Source: Octopus sinensis
Taxonomy: Eukaryota
Assembly (NCBI RefSeq): GCF_006345805.1
Contig: NC_043003.1
Span: 90,210,001 to 90,274,000, forward strand
DNA length: 64,000 nt
Direction: 5' to 3'
Part shown: positions 25,201 to 38,200 of the stretch, piece after piece
Layout of the letters: every line of letters starts with the position of its first letter
Numbering within the stretch: position 1 is the stretch's first letter
Program-made: the position numbers and the translations under genes
Notes under the pieces: generated by a model
What the model was told of the DNA's origin: nothing
Seen by the model: the letters and a program-made list of their open reading frames with translations, nothing else
Databases searched by the model: none

Positions 25201-25385
25201 TAAGGTGCTTTCTTCTATGAAAATCCCTATTTTTTACGATTTTTTTTACTGCTGTGTCGCCATTTTACAGTGTATTTCAACCAGAAAAATGTTCATTTAA
25301 AGAGAATAACAAGCTACATAATGCAAATTTTTTCAAAAACTCCAATTCTAAAGCAAACCCAAGCAATGCCGGGCGATACTGCTAG
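22293..25385 (+). mobile_element. Head-to-tail array of six non-autonomous Helitron units
   Basis: TC starts at 22293, 22472, 23487, 23966, 24503, 25010; preceding ends CTAG/CTAA/CTAG/CTTG/TTAA; final CTAG|T at 25385. Confidence 0.8.
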
Positions 25386-25619
25386 TACTAAATAAAATCA
25401 TTGATCTCTTTAAAGACATCGTAAAATTATAATGTTAACAATTTACATTTGTTACTGTTACTTTATTCTTTTACTCATCTCAGTCATTGGACTGAAGCCC
25501 TGCTCAGTCTCTGCCCTACATTACATTGGCCCCAGTACTTTGTCTGGTTATTATTTTATTAAATTTGAAAGGAGGAAAGATGAAGTCATCTAGATAGGAT
25601 CTTTATTTCAGAACATAAT

Positions 25620-27160
25620 GACTTAGGAAGGGAGTTAGTGTAGATGAGATGCAGTTTGAATTTGTACCAGACAGAAGCACCACTGATGCTATCTTCCTGT
25701 TGAGACAATTGCAGAAATATTTAGCCAGAGATAAACTTCTGTACTTGACTTTTGTCAACATGGAGAAAGCCTTTGACAGGATCCTTCACTCCCTTAACTA
25801 GTGATCAATGTGGAAGCTAGGGATAGATGAGTGGTTAGTGAGAGCTGTACAAGTCATGTACAGGGATACTGCCAGTAAGGTGAAGGTTGGCAATGAGTAT
25901 AGCAATGAATTCAGTGTACAGGTAGGTGTTCATAAAAGATCAATTCTTGGCCCCTTCTTGTTTATCTCAGTCCTCCAGACCTTAACAGAAGAATTCTAGA
26001 CAGGCTGTGCCTGGGAGCTCCTCTACGCTGATGACTTTGTTCTTATAGTTGAATCATTGCCTGACCTAGATAAGAAATTCCAGGTGTGGAAGCAAGGCCT
26101 GGAATCTAAATAAAGTCCTAGTAAGTAAGAAAACAAACAAATCACAAGTCCCTACTGGGAGATGGCCCTGCTTGATATGTAAGAAGTGTGTTGGTAGAAA
26201 TGCCATACATTGTACCCAGTGCAAGGTTTGGACACATAAGTGTAGTGGCATCACAGGAAAGTTAACGGACAAATGTGCAGGTACAATAAGCACTAAAAAT
26301 GCACAGACAATAGACTTCCTCAAATGCTCAGAGAGATCATTAGAAGCAGTTGATAGCTTTTGTTACCTAGGTGACCAAGTTAGCAGTGGGGGAAGTTCTG
26401 GAAGTGCAGTTGCTAGAATAAAAACAGGCTGGGCAGAGTTCAGAGAGCTTCTGCCTTTGTTGGTAACAAAGGGCCTCTCCCTGATAGTGAAGGGTAGATT
26501 GTATGATGCCTGTGTCTATATAGCTATGTTACATGGCAGTGAAACATGGGCTTTGACTACAGAGGACTTGCAAAGGCTTGAAAGAAATTAAGCTAGCATG
26601 CTCCGCTAGATGGGTAGTGTCAGTGTGCATCCACGACAGTGGAAATGATTTAAGAGGAAAACTGGGTATAAGAGGCATCAGATGTATGCAAGATAGGAGA
26701 CTGCACTTGTTTGGTCATGTGATGTGTATGGATGAGAACAGCTGCATAAAGACGTGCTGAGCTGTAATTGTGGAGAGATGGGGTAGTTCCAGGAAGACAT
26801 AGGATGAAGTGGTGAGAAAGGCTCTTCAGATGCTGGGCTTCACTCAGGAAATGACAAGGAACTGGGAGATGTGGCGACTTACTGTACTTGATAAGACATG
26901 TCAAGCTAAGTAAAATTGGTGTTGTCCATCCATACAAGCTTGTCTTTTACAGAAGATGCTGGTGTCACATAAAATGCACTCATACTGGTGCTGCATAAAT
27001 GCACCCAGCACACATTGTAAAGTGGTTGGTGTTAAGAAGGGCATCCAGCTGTAGAAACCATGCTGCAACAGTCAATTGGAGTCTGACCAGCTTCTGTTGA
27101 ACTGTCCAACCTATACCAGCATGGAAATCAGATGTTAAATGAGGATGATGATGTTGATGA
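25620..27160 (+). mobile_element. Degenerate RTE LINE RT plus 3' tail
   Basis: WKLGIDEWLVRAVQ, LYADD, Cys-rich insert, HGSETWA, RLHLFGHV; (GAT)n tail. Confidence 0.88.
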
Positions 27161-27559
27161 TGTCACTTCCCATTTAGTCACTTCCCATTACACATGGGAA
27201 GTGACTAAATGCCACAAGGAATTTTCTCTAATGTTCTACTGATTCTGCCATCCGTTTTCAGTTAAATATGCATAGGATATAGACATACATTTATAAGTAC
27301 ATACATACATACATAAACAGATACATGCATGCATACATATATACATATGTGCATGTTTATACATATAAATACATACATACATCACTTTACATCCATTTTT
27401 CCAAACGTGCATGATGAAACACAGCATCCCACCACTTACCGTGTTCCTTTATTATTTCTTTTGTGAGATTCAGCATCATGGGATTAAGTTTTATCATTTC
27501 CACTCATATCTTGCCTGGTCTTTCTTTTTCATTGGAACCTTCCACTTAGATCTCCTGTC

Positions 27560-27815
27560 AATTCTTTACCCATCTCTTATCCATACACATTGCTTCACTA
27601 TCACCAAGGATCTCACCTGGAGAAAGCACATTTTTAACATATCTAGGACAGCATTTCAAAGACTAGCCCTTATCTTTAGAACAAAGAAATATTTCATCCC
27701 CTAACAACTGCTAACATTCTAAAAGGTTCAGGCGAGGCTCACAACAGGGTATTGCTGCTATTCACACTGATATCCTGGACCAGATCCAGAGAAGGGCCAC
27801 TGCACAACACTCAGC
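27560..27815 (+). mobile_element. CR1/L2-like RT C-terminal fragment
   Basis: DLTWRKHIFNISRTAFQRLALIFRTKKYF and DILDQIQRRA. Confidence 0.6.
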
Positions 27816-29069
27816 CTCTAAACATCTGGAAGTTTATTATATTAGTTTTATTCGTCACAAGCTTTTTCTTCTATTTTATAAATAAACCTCCAGATTTTTG
27901 CAGTTACATGGGGTAATAATATAATTTAAGGGCATGTATATTAAAAGATAAGGATACAAGAAAGGCAAGTGACTGGTTGTTCTGTCAGAATTACCAAGGC
28001 TGTGGATTGGCACAAATCTAATATATAAACTGGGGCTCATCATTTAATATTGTTTCTTTATCACAGCATGTATTGAAGTTGCAATATTTGAATGTGTGGA
28101 TCTTCTATGGGTTTTCCAGTTTCTACATGTTATAAGAATGATTTTATTTCTGTGGATTGTTTCCACACTGGGGCTGCTATAAATTTTTTAAAACTATTTT
28201 AAGAATTAAAGAATTTCAAAAAGAAAGATAATGTGTTATTATCTTAGGCAATAGTTTCAAATGAAATAAACTGCATTCACATACAGTTTATATAAATTGA
28301 CCAGAAAAGAAAACTAAAGTAGAGAACTGGTATGTAACATGGAAGGCTTCTTTATGTATTAGAAAATAATTTGTTACATTAACAGGAAAAGTATTTATGC
28401 AATACACTTATTGGAAACATTCAGATGAAACAGCGTAATGTGACACATACAAAAAAATCTTTGTTAGAAACTCAACATTTGGGCTTATTTTTTAATTATC
28501 AAATACATATTCAGGTGCTGTGGTGTATCTTCTTGATCACTTGTACTTGTAGGCCTCACTCATAGAAAGTTGTACTTAGACCACCAAACTATCCATGTGA
28601 ACAACAGCTGTTCATTTGATAAAATCTTGAGTGTGAACATGAATCAATTGTGATTTCTATGTGGCAAAACATGGAATTGAATCCAGTGCTCTGCCAACCC
28701 TCCTGCAGACATGTGAGGAAAACAAGGAGGCAATAATAAAGAAGAAAAATATTCAGGTACAATGAGAAAAAATAACATGAACATATAAAAATACAAAATG
28801 TGCATTTAACAAATAAAAGACAATTGTCCATGGAAAAAAGTTCACAGCAGAGTCCATATTGGATGTTAAGTTCAACAGTTAATGTTATTGAAAATGTTTG
28901 TCTTTTCCCTGTCTTTTTTTTTACCTTCTTAAAGTTAACTAAAATTAATAAATGTGAGTATATTTTGTCACTCAATGAACCTTTCTGCCACTTCATGTCA
29001 TTTTGTCAGAAGTAGGTGTACTGACAAGTAGTTGATGATGTGTCGTATATGCATAAGAAGTGAGGATGT

Positions 29070-29624
29070 GGTAGGAAAAAAAGTAGGATGTTGTTGACAG
29101 AGAGATGCATCAATAAAAGCCTGCTTCCATGAACTGATGTTTCTTGTGAATGCCCAACACCATGAACTTAGGTTTTACTTCCAATATGTGATATGGGCCA
29201 GTATACAATGTTTGCAATGGATGTTTAATTGTGTCATTGCATATAAATACATGCATCCATATATGGACATCTGATGAAACAAAAGACTTGATCAATTGTG
29301 GTCTCATTGTCAATGGGGGTAACTCCATCATGTATCTACGCAATTGATGGACATAATCTGCTGGATCAAAATGTTGATTGGCTGAAGCTGTAGCTCAAAC
29401 CATTTGATCAGGCAAACTAAGAGGAGAACTGTAAAGTAGTTCTGCTGGTGGATATCTCAGACTGTCCTTAACAGCGAACTGAAGATCTAATAAAATAACA
29501 GGTAAAACCAACAGTCTGAATTGGAATAAGCTTGAAGAGCTGCTTTCAATTGGTGATGGAAATGCTCTATCATTGCATTAGACATAGAGTGATAAGCCAT
29601 AGTGTGGATTCGCCTGGTGCCTAG
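29070..29624 (-). mobile_element. Gypsy-type integrase C-terminal fragment, degenerate
   Basis: LGTRRIHTMAYHSMSNAMIEHFHHQLKA and HVFICNDTIKHPLQTLYTGPYHIL (GPY/F motif). Confidence 0.8.
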
Positions 29625-30123
29625 AAAGTTAGAAAAGTTGGAAAATAGACAGAGAGCTCTTTCATTTGAACACAGCTATTGTGGAGTTGTCTTTTACTAT
29701 TATTTTGATTCAGTTTTTGGAATTACTTACCATTTTTTTCATCACTTAATGTCACACTACTTCTTTCCTAGTGAATATTTTTTAACAAAGATTTCATCAA
29801 AAGATTCTTCTTAATGAGCACATACTTTTAAACCTAATTAATTTATAATTTTCTTTTAAAATAATTGAGATATTTTGATTCAAAGGAACTCTTCCATTTT
29901 TGACCTTACATATTTTGATCTAACTTTTTCTCTGATGAACCAAATTTCAATTATTTTATCTCCAAATGTAGCTTACGACTGGACCATCATTGCTAAAAAA
30001 TGCATTCAATTTGGTCAAGAACTGAATTAATGATGAAGCCTAGAAATGCTTGCTAGTGACTAAAATTTGACCTTACCTATATATTCACCCATGGTAGTGG
30101 GCGAATGATTTACACACACATAT

Positions 30124-30171
<48 letters not shown>

Positions 30172-30762
30172 CTTTTCCAACGCAGAAAATGGGCATCATA
30201 TAATGATGAAGAGGAGGATGAAATATATATATGTAATGATTGTATGCACTGAGGGGGAAAAATATTATCAATTGGTTGAAATTGCCCTTTATTTTCATCA
30301 TTACAATGTAAGATATAACTTCCTTGATCTGTTGTTACACAATGGTAATTTGCCTGTTCTGTTATCAGTCTGTAGGTAGTTAAATTTGGCTTTTGTTGAC
30401 TTCTAGAGGATTGGTGGAAAAGAAGAGGGAGAGAGAGAGAGAGAAAGCATAAGAGAGTTTAGTGCTCTGGCTGGCAAGTGGATAGGATGAAATTTGTATT
30501 GTTGCATGATGACAATCCATAAGTGAAAGGAGAGACATAGAGTAATATGAGTAACCTAATGTGTAAGTCTTGACATGGTACTTGACCTACAAGAAGCAGT
30601 AGCCAAGTCTTAAAAACTTAGATCCCTTTGTTGAAATACACTGCCTTTGTTTCTATTAAATGAATAATTTAGTAAGGTCATTATTAAGCTGGTGTTTCTA
30701 AAATAAATTAACATGAAATTTTGATGGAAGTTTTTAATTTAGATCCCTTTATCCCTTTTGTT

Positions 30763-31130
30763 GGCCAGAGTTCTTTCATCACACTCCTGTGACCGCATCA
30801 GTGGTCCTTTGCTTTCTTCTTTCTTATTTGTGCCTCTCCTTACTAACCGTCAGCCATTTTGTATTTCTATTGTATGTGTCTTCATTTGCGCATGCATATA
30901 TCTCTATGTGTGTCTATGTTTAGTGAGGGGGGGGGGAATGCCTGTAATATTTTTATCTCCTGTTTATATGGTTCATGTAATTTGTTTTTGTTTATTCTTA
31001 TTTTGTTCATGTGTTTACACCCACTTATTATTATTATTATCATTATTATTATTATGTATGTATGTATGTATGTATGTACGTATGATTGTAGGTATGTAGG
31101 TATAATAATAATAATAGTAATAATAATAAT
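30763..31130 (-). mobile_element. PLE pseudo-LTR-like repeat with hammerhead-like motif (30763-30808)
   Basis: Homologous to 6173-6440; directly 3' of the minus-strand GIY-YIG ORF. Confidence 0.6.
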
Positions 31131-31239
31131 TTTTAAAAAATGTATATAGTTATTTACTTCCATTTGTTTATTCATCTGTGTATTTTATTTTATTATGTTT
31201 TCAGTTTTGTTTATATTGTAACCAGTTTATGGGGATCCT

Positions 31240-33680
31240 CTTCTGTCATATGTTGTGGTGTGTGCTAGTGTTCCATTCCTGTTTCCTATTCAGGCTAGGT
31301 TTATCTTCTGTTATGTGTGTAGCTTCCGTAATTTGTCTGATTGTTGTATCTGTTGAGTGTGTGGACAAGATTTTAACTTCTATGTTGTTGATTGAGCCCC
31401 TGTGTTCCTGCTCGGCGTGTTGGTACAGAACCGATGAGCTCATTCCTTCCTTAAGTTCTCTCCAATGGTCATTTACCCGCTCTCCTATGCTCCGTGCCGT
31501 TTCCCCTATGTATGTTGTCTTGTTACTGCATCGTCCCTCTATATATCTTATACTATAGACTACATTTCTGGCTTTACAGTTTGTTTGTGGGCTAAATCTA
31601 CACAGTATACTTCCTATCCATACAGGGGGTTCTACTAAAAGGGTAGGTTCTACCGATTATGGATTTGATAGGGTTGCCTGGCCTTTCAACAACCTTAATC
31701 CTTAGCTTAAGTTTGTCTAGGGCCCTTCTAAAGCAGTACGCCAGTTCACCTCTAGGGGTGGTGTTGACAAACATGACACTCTGGTATTTGTGGCTATCAT
31801 ACCAAGAGTTGGCCTTCCCTATTTTCTTCTTTGTCCTTTCAATAGTGTTCCATGACTTGCTTCTATAGAGTGGGCAAACCCCATTCCTATCATTACATAA
31901 GATAGTATCAAATTTCTTAATGGCTTCTTTGTATACTCTGATCCTTTCTTTATGGCTGTAACCTGAGAACTGCATGCGGTGAATGAAATGTTGTATGTGT
32001 CTCTTTAACTCTGTAGGCTCGCACATGCAGGACACATTTCGCATTATTCTGATGAGGTCTGCCATCAAAATATTGAATTTGGCATTGTTTGCGATAGCTG
32101 AGTTCCGGTGGATCAAGTATTTGGAGGCCATAGGTTTGGCATAGTACAAATGAAGGATTTGGGTTTTATTATTCTCAGTTTCTAGCCAGAGTTCTGTGTC
32201 TAGTACTTGTAGTCTATGGTTAGGGTGTTTAGTAGGGTAGTCTATTGTGACCTAAATACTCTGGTGGATGGAGTTAGCTATTTGCTGGATGCTCTCCATA
32301 GTATTAGTTTCTATTACTATATCAACAGTACTCTCTTGTGGGGGTGCCTTTACCACTATGTTGATATCATCAACATAGCGAGAGTACATTCACGAGTATG
32401 GAGTTCTGTGTTAGGCATTCCTTAAGCCTTCTGTCCCATCATACCATGAAAAGGTTGGCCATATCACCGGCGATACTAACGCCAATGGCTGCCTCCTCGT
32501 CCTGGGCATATATTTTATTGTTAAACTTTAATGTGTGGCCTTTTAGGGTAACTCTTATACTAGTTCCTAGTGCATGTGCGATCATTTTCTTTACCTGATG
32601 GACATTTGCGGGGGTCCATATGGCTCTGGTCCATCCGCTCCATCTCTCTATATGGGTCTTCCTAGCCATAGAAGTAATTGTGGGTGGTCTACCTCTTAAA
32701 CGTCTATTGGATCAGAAACTACTAAGATCATGTTTATCTAGGTATTCGTTGTCATATGTCAGTCTAAGTAGGAGGCCCAGTTCCTCTGTGTTGACATTGC
32801 GGAACTCCACCTCGCTCTCGTTGATCATCTCCATGCACTTCTCCACTGCAAAATCCGCGTTGATTGATGGGTATAGGGATACCACATCCATGCTACTCAC
32901 CATACATCCTGTCAGGTTGCAAGTGTTGTTACAGTCATTGATCCTGCTGAGGAGATCTTCCGTGCTGTCACAAACATCAGGTGACATCTGGATTATAGGG
33001 CATATGATCATTGAGAGGAAGTAGGAGATTCTGTAGTTGCTAGCGATATTTGCTCCACAGACTGGTCTTGTTGGTGGTCCTGCTATAGGGACAGTGGTTA
33101 CTTTATGGTCCTTGCGAAGTCCATACAGTGCCAGGATAATCGTTGTTCCAGGCTTGGAAATTGTTTGCTGTGCGTTTCTGGGGTCCCAGAACAATTGTCC
33201 ACATCATCATGTGGGCGTTGAGGACCTTTTCTCTCTCCTCATGCGCCTGTAAAGTTGTTACTTTTGTATTGGCAATATGAGGTTGCATTGCCTGGATGTA
33301 GTTCGGTAAGCTGTCTACTGAAATAAGGCCAGACGTATCTGTGGGAAGGCATACCATCTCTCTGTTCCTCGTGCGCTGAATGAGCTTACGTGGGCCACAT
33401 GCGGGTTTAATCCTGAGTTGTTGGGCCTCTGTCTTATTCTGTCTCTGTCTCTTAGTGTATAGTTCTAAAATCTGTCTAAGTTTGGTCCTAGCTATAGTGA
33501 ACTGTGCTTCCATATGGTCATTAGTATGTCTTGAGATGCAGACCCTTTTGTTAAAGGGTAATGTTGTCGGATAAATCTGGCTCATGTTGTAAGATTTGTC
33601 ACATATGTTGAAGAATTGAGTGTCAAAGGGGTGGGTATACATGTTAATGACCCTTCTAGGGTTATCTTCTTCATTACCGT
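31240..33680 (-). mobile_element. Penelope-like element (RT, Cys-rich linker, GIY-YIG), frameshifted
   Basis: SSMDVVSLYPSI, AIGVSIAGDMANLFM, YYAKPMASKYLIHRNSA, NCKARNVVY...YIGETARS. Confidence 0.9.
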
Positions 33681-33689
33681 TACTACTAT

Positions 33690-33876
33690 TTCTGTTGTTA
33701 CTGTTCCCATCATCAACCCCATTATTGCCACCATTACCACTATCATCACCACCACTACTACTACTATTACTATCACCACCACAACTATCACTACTACAAT
33801 CATTACTACTTCTACTGTTACCACCACCACCATTACTACTACCACCACCACCGCTACCACTACCACCACCACCACC

Positions 33877-33916
<40 letters not shown>

Positions 33917-34156
33917 TTACTGTTATTCCTACCACTACCATTATTGCTATCATTCTGATTATCGCTAGTGATATTCTCATTGTTCCTGTTTCTGGTGTAT
34001 GTTACTGTTCCCATCATTACCACTATCATCACCACCACTACTACTACTATTACTATCACCACCACAACTATCACTACTACAATCATTACTACTTCTACTG
34101 TTACCACCACCACCATTACTACTACCACCACCACTGCTACCACCACCACCACCACC

Positions 34157-34196
<40 letters not shown>

Positions 34197-34270
34197 GGAA
34201 CAGTAACAACAACAACAACAATAATAATAATAATAATGATAATAATAATAATAATAATAATAATAATATT
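33690..34270. repeat. Compound (ACC/ACT/AAT) trinucleotide tract with an internal duplication
   Basis: A ~180-bp block near 33730 recurs near 34015. Confidence 0.9.
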
Positions 34271-34454
34271 TGTTTTGCAAGATTTTTGATGTAAAATCGT
34301 GTGTTGAAACAGATATTGTTGTATTTAGGAATGGTCATTTTGTAAGTTTATCCAATAAAAACACACACACTATATATTTGGTGTTACTTTGCTTCACTGC
34401 TTGGAATCGAACTCGGAATCGTGCAAAGAATATAAGTAGCGATCGTGATACACA

Positions 34455-35040
34455 CCACGAAGAAATGATCAAGTTCAATAATGATCTGTTAAGCAACAAC
34501 TACCCCAAAAGTATACTATCCACTCCAATTATGAAGAAGAGAGAGGACGAGGCCAATAAAGTGTCCACAGTCTGTCTACCTTATGTGAAAGGCCTCTCCG
34601 AAAAGATACAAAAGATATGCAGCCCATATGACATCAGGACAGTATTCAAGAGTAATACAACACTTCGCAAATATCTCCTTCGAGTAAAACCACCAATAGA
34701 AGAGAATATGACCAAAGACTGCATGTACTCCATCCCACGCAGCTGTGGTAGGTTACACAAAGGCGAAACATGCCGCCCCCTCAAAATAAGGGTAGAGGAA
34801 CATCGCAAAGCTGTGACACGGGGAGATATTGATAAATCGGGTATAGCTGATCATGTATGGAAAAAGGAGACCACTTCCCCCCATGGGATGAAGTTAAAAT
34901 AATAGACAGAGAACACCACTGGAAAATACAAAAACTAAAAGAAGCAGCACATATGCTAAGACACAACAACCTCCTAAGCAGACCGAGTGCAGATATGAGC
35001 AGCATATGGGAACCGGTATTAAGGAAGGATAGGAAAAGAT
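34455..35040 (+). mobile_element. Penelope/Poseidon-type PLE 3' fragment (RT thumb plus GIY-YIG)
   Basis: CLPYVKGLSEKIQKIC...MYSIPRSCGRLHKGETCRPLKIRVEEH...SGIADHVW. Confidence 0.88.
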
Positions 35041-35082
35041 TAGATTTATAAGCCCTACAATTCACTCCATAATTGCCCATAG

Positions 35083-35160
35083 GCATATGGCATAGTGGTT
35101 AAGAGCACGGGCTACTAACCCCAAAATTCCGAGTTCGATTCTGAGCAGTGACCTGAACAA
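35083..35160 (+). mobile_element. Short tRNA-derived SINE head
   Basis: GGCATAGTGGTTAAG (A box) and GAGTTCGATTC (B box) followed by (AAT)n. Confidence 0.6.
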
Positions 35161-35639
35161 TAACAATAATAATAATAATAATAATAACACACCTTAGGAA
35201 TGAGAACCCAGAGGAATCTCTCCTCTTTACCAGAAAGCTTCTCCCCAGTAGTCTCATGCACATTACACCAAAGTAAGACTGCATTACTTATTTAGTCAAC
35301 AAACTTTTCTCATTATGGAAGATTGAAATGAGTGGGGAAAACTTGTGGAAACAGTCTTGGGGTATCCTGAGGGACGACCTAGATAGATAAATATTCTTTC
35401 TCTTTACTTATAATGAATTAATCAATTCACTATTTTTTGTTATTTATCTAATTATGTTTGTATCGATAGTGTATATTAAACAATGCTTGTATTGCACTCA
35501 CATCCAACAGAAAAAGCAAGTGTACCATGAATAGATGATGGTAGATTAATGTAAGGATAACTGATGTGACAAGTCAGTTGGCAAATGTTCATTGAAACCT
35601 TTTCAGATATTGGATGCTGTTACCCCTCTCCATGTTCCT

Positions 35640-36745
35640 TTCCATATCCATTTCCACTTCCTCAGAGTTGGCACTGTCAATGTAGGCACATTGAAAGATA
35701 GTTCTGGTGAGATTGTTGAGATGCTTGAATGGAGACATGTTCATGTGTGTTGCATTCAAGAAGTAAGGTGGAGAGGAGCTTCAGCCAGGTTCCTCACAGG
35801 CAAGAAATATAGGTATAAAATCTTCTGGGAAGGTAACTGATGGTGTAGGTGGTGTTGGCATACTTCTAGCAGAGAAATGGGTGGATAAGGTGATTGAGGT
35901 AGTCAGAGTACTTAAGCCTAGGCTACTTTTTCAGTGTAGTATAACAACAATTATCTCTGCCTATGCCCCACCAAAAGTGGGTCTGCCAAATGAACAAAAG
36001 AAACATTTTTATGATATTCTTCTGCAGGTTATCTCATAGACAAATGACAATGACCTCATCTTCATGGCTGGTGATTTCAATGGACATGTTAGGTAGCTCC
36101 TGAGTATCTTCCATGGTGTACACAGGGTCCATAGAATTGGTTCCCAAATTGAGGTGATGATCTGCAACACAAACTTCGGAAAGCTAACCAGTTACCTGAT
36201 AATCTACCAATTGGATGGCCATGCTAGTCAAATTGATTACATTCTTACCAGAAAATGATATGCATGGTTACTCATAAATGCAAAGACCTACTTTGGTGAA
36301 GAATGTACCCCACAATATAGTCCTAATAATTTGGAAAATAAACAAATAGATCCATTCGAGTGAGGTCATTGCCAGTGCTTCTGGATTGGCTCCTGTGCAG
36401 GTGGTATGTAAAAAAAACCCATTTGAGTGTAGCCTTTGCCAGTATCACCAGACTGGCCATATGAAAAAACATTCATATGAGGTTGCCAGTGTTGCTGAAC
36501 TGGTTCCTGTGCAGGTGGCACGTAAAAAACACCAGCTGTTGCCAGTACTGCCTGACTGCTGGTGGCACATAAAAGCACACTCTACACTCTCAGAGTGGTT
36601 GGCATTAGGAAGGACATCCAGTTGTAGAAACTCTGCCAGATCAGATTAGAGCCTGGTGCAGCCATCTGGTTCGCCAGTCCTCAGTCAAATCGTCCAACCC
36701 ATGCTAGCATGGAAAGCAGACATTAAACGATGATGATGATGATCC
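35640..36745 (+). mobile_element. RTE APE fragment followed by an RTE 3' tail
   Basis: RVGTVNVGTLK...CCIQEVRWRG; tail ends GGAAAGCAGACATTAAACGATGATG. Confidence 0.85.
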
Positions 36746-38200
36746 CTTCAAGGAGATGACCCTGCTCACTATGCAAAAAAGGTATTAGGAGAAACTTCAT
36801 ATGGTGTACCCAGTGCAAGCCATGGACACATAAAAGGTGTAGCAGTATTACCAGAAGATTTACAGAGAAAATAGTCTTTACACGTGGCAGATGTGCAGGT
36901 GTATTAAACATCTAGAATGTACAAAAATAGACTCCCTCAAAAGTCAGGGGGAGGGGGTCCTTAGAAGTACTACTTCTGTTAGTAAGGAAGTGCCTCTCCC
37001 TTAGAGTGAAAGGCAAATTGTATGATGTCTGTGTATGAACATGGCAATGAGACATGGGCTGTGACTACTGAGGGTGTGCAAAGACTTGAAAGAAATGAAG
37101 CCAATATGCTTTACTGGATGTATGAGGTGGTGTCAAAAGGTTCCTGGACTTGATATGTTTAATAAAAAAAATCTTACTTCCCTAAGTTTTAACATCATCT
37201 CCTTCAAAATAGTTATCTTGTGCAGCAATACACTAGTCTCAGCCTTCCTGCTGCTTTTGGAATCCAGCCTGGAAGTTGTTTTCCATAAATGAGTCAAGGA
37301 CCTTCTGCAATTCGCTCTGGATCTTGAAAATGGTGTTAAAAGCTGCATTTTCATCTTGGGGAAGAGATGCAAGTCTTCAGGTACTAAATCTAGTAAATAG
37401 GTGGATGTGGAAGCAGTATCATGCTGTTGGCAAGAAACTCACGAGTGAGAACTTGGTGATAGAGTGCATTATTGTTGTGAAGAGTCCAATTCTTTGTGCT
37501 CTGCAGATCCGGTTGCTTTTGCCAGATGTCCTCCCTTAAGCACTTCAAAACGTTGCAGTAGAACTCTCGATTGATGGTCTGGCTCTGGGAGGGGATGAAT
37601 TCTTGATGCACAATACCACATTTCTTAGAGGTGACACTTGAGGCAGGTCTTCCAGCTCACTCACTCTTCCAAGGATGTTCTTCCACTTTTGAAGTGCCTG
37701 TGCCACTCACAACATTGCGTACGACCCATTGCCTCATCACTCTAAACTTACTGATGCATACTCAATGTCTCTGTAGTAGACTTCCCAAGTTTAAGAAAAA
37801 ATTCCACATTAGCAATTCTTTCCAGTCTATGACAAAATCACAGATGATAGCATACATGTGATCACAACAACCTAATTTTCACACCTTGCGAAGTAAACAC
37901 AGGGATGTCACTCAGCACACTGCCTCATGAAGGTCACTGCTAGCTCTTACTGCACACGCAAACATGTGCTGTCATCTGTTAGCATGCTACAGAGCCGGTT
38001 CGGGAACTTTTTGATACCACCTTGTATAATGTCAGTGTGCATATACAACAGAGTGTGTTTTGAGAGAAAAATTGGGAATACAAGGCATCAGATGTAGTGT
38101 GCAAGAGAGAAGACTGTGCTGGTATGGTCATGTAATGCATATGAATGAAGACAGTTGCATCAAGAAGTGTCGATCTCTCATTGTGGAGGGAACATGTCCT
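36745..38200 (+). mobile_element. RTE RT C-terminal fragment interrupted by a mariner
   Basis: LERNEA.MLYWM resumes after the mariner as NVSV...REKLGIQGIRCSVQERRLCWYGHV. Confidence 0.8.
37123..38024 (-). mobile_element. Internally deleted mariner with TIRs and TA target duplication
   Basis: TA|TGAGGTGGTGTCAAAAGGTTCC ... GGAACTTTTTGATACCACCTTG|TA; transposase remnant EFYCNVLKCLRE...WTLHNNNA...LPHPP. Confidence 0.88.

Noticed and set aside
22293-25385. CRISPR-like repeat-spacer array
   Set aside because: The repeats are Helitron 5' ends with irregular 0.2-1 kb spacing in eukaryotic DNA; no cas genes
31440-31640. Selenocysteine-type PLE (in-frame TGA at Cys positions, reported for some Naiad elements)
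   Set aside because: The Cys positions are TGT/TGC/TAT here; the stop in the 45480-45790 fragment is TAG at a non-Cys position
33103-34338. 411-aa ORF, the longest in the track
   Set aside because: Stop-free trinucleotide repeats running into a PLE remnant
35083-35160. Possible tRNA gene
   Set aside because: A/B boxes are present but no proper acceptor stem, and it runs into (AAT)n; a SINE head
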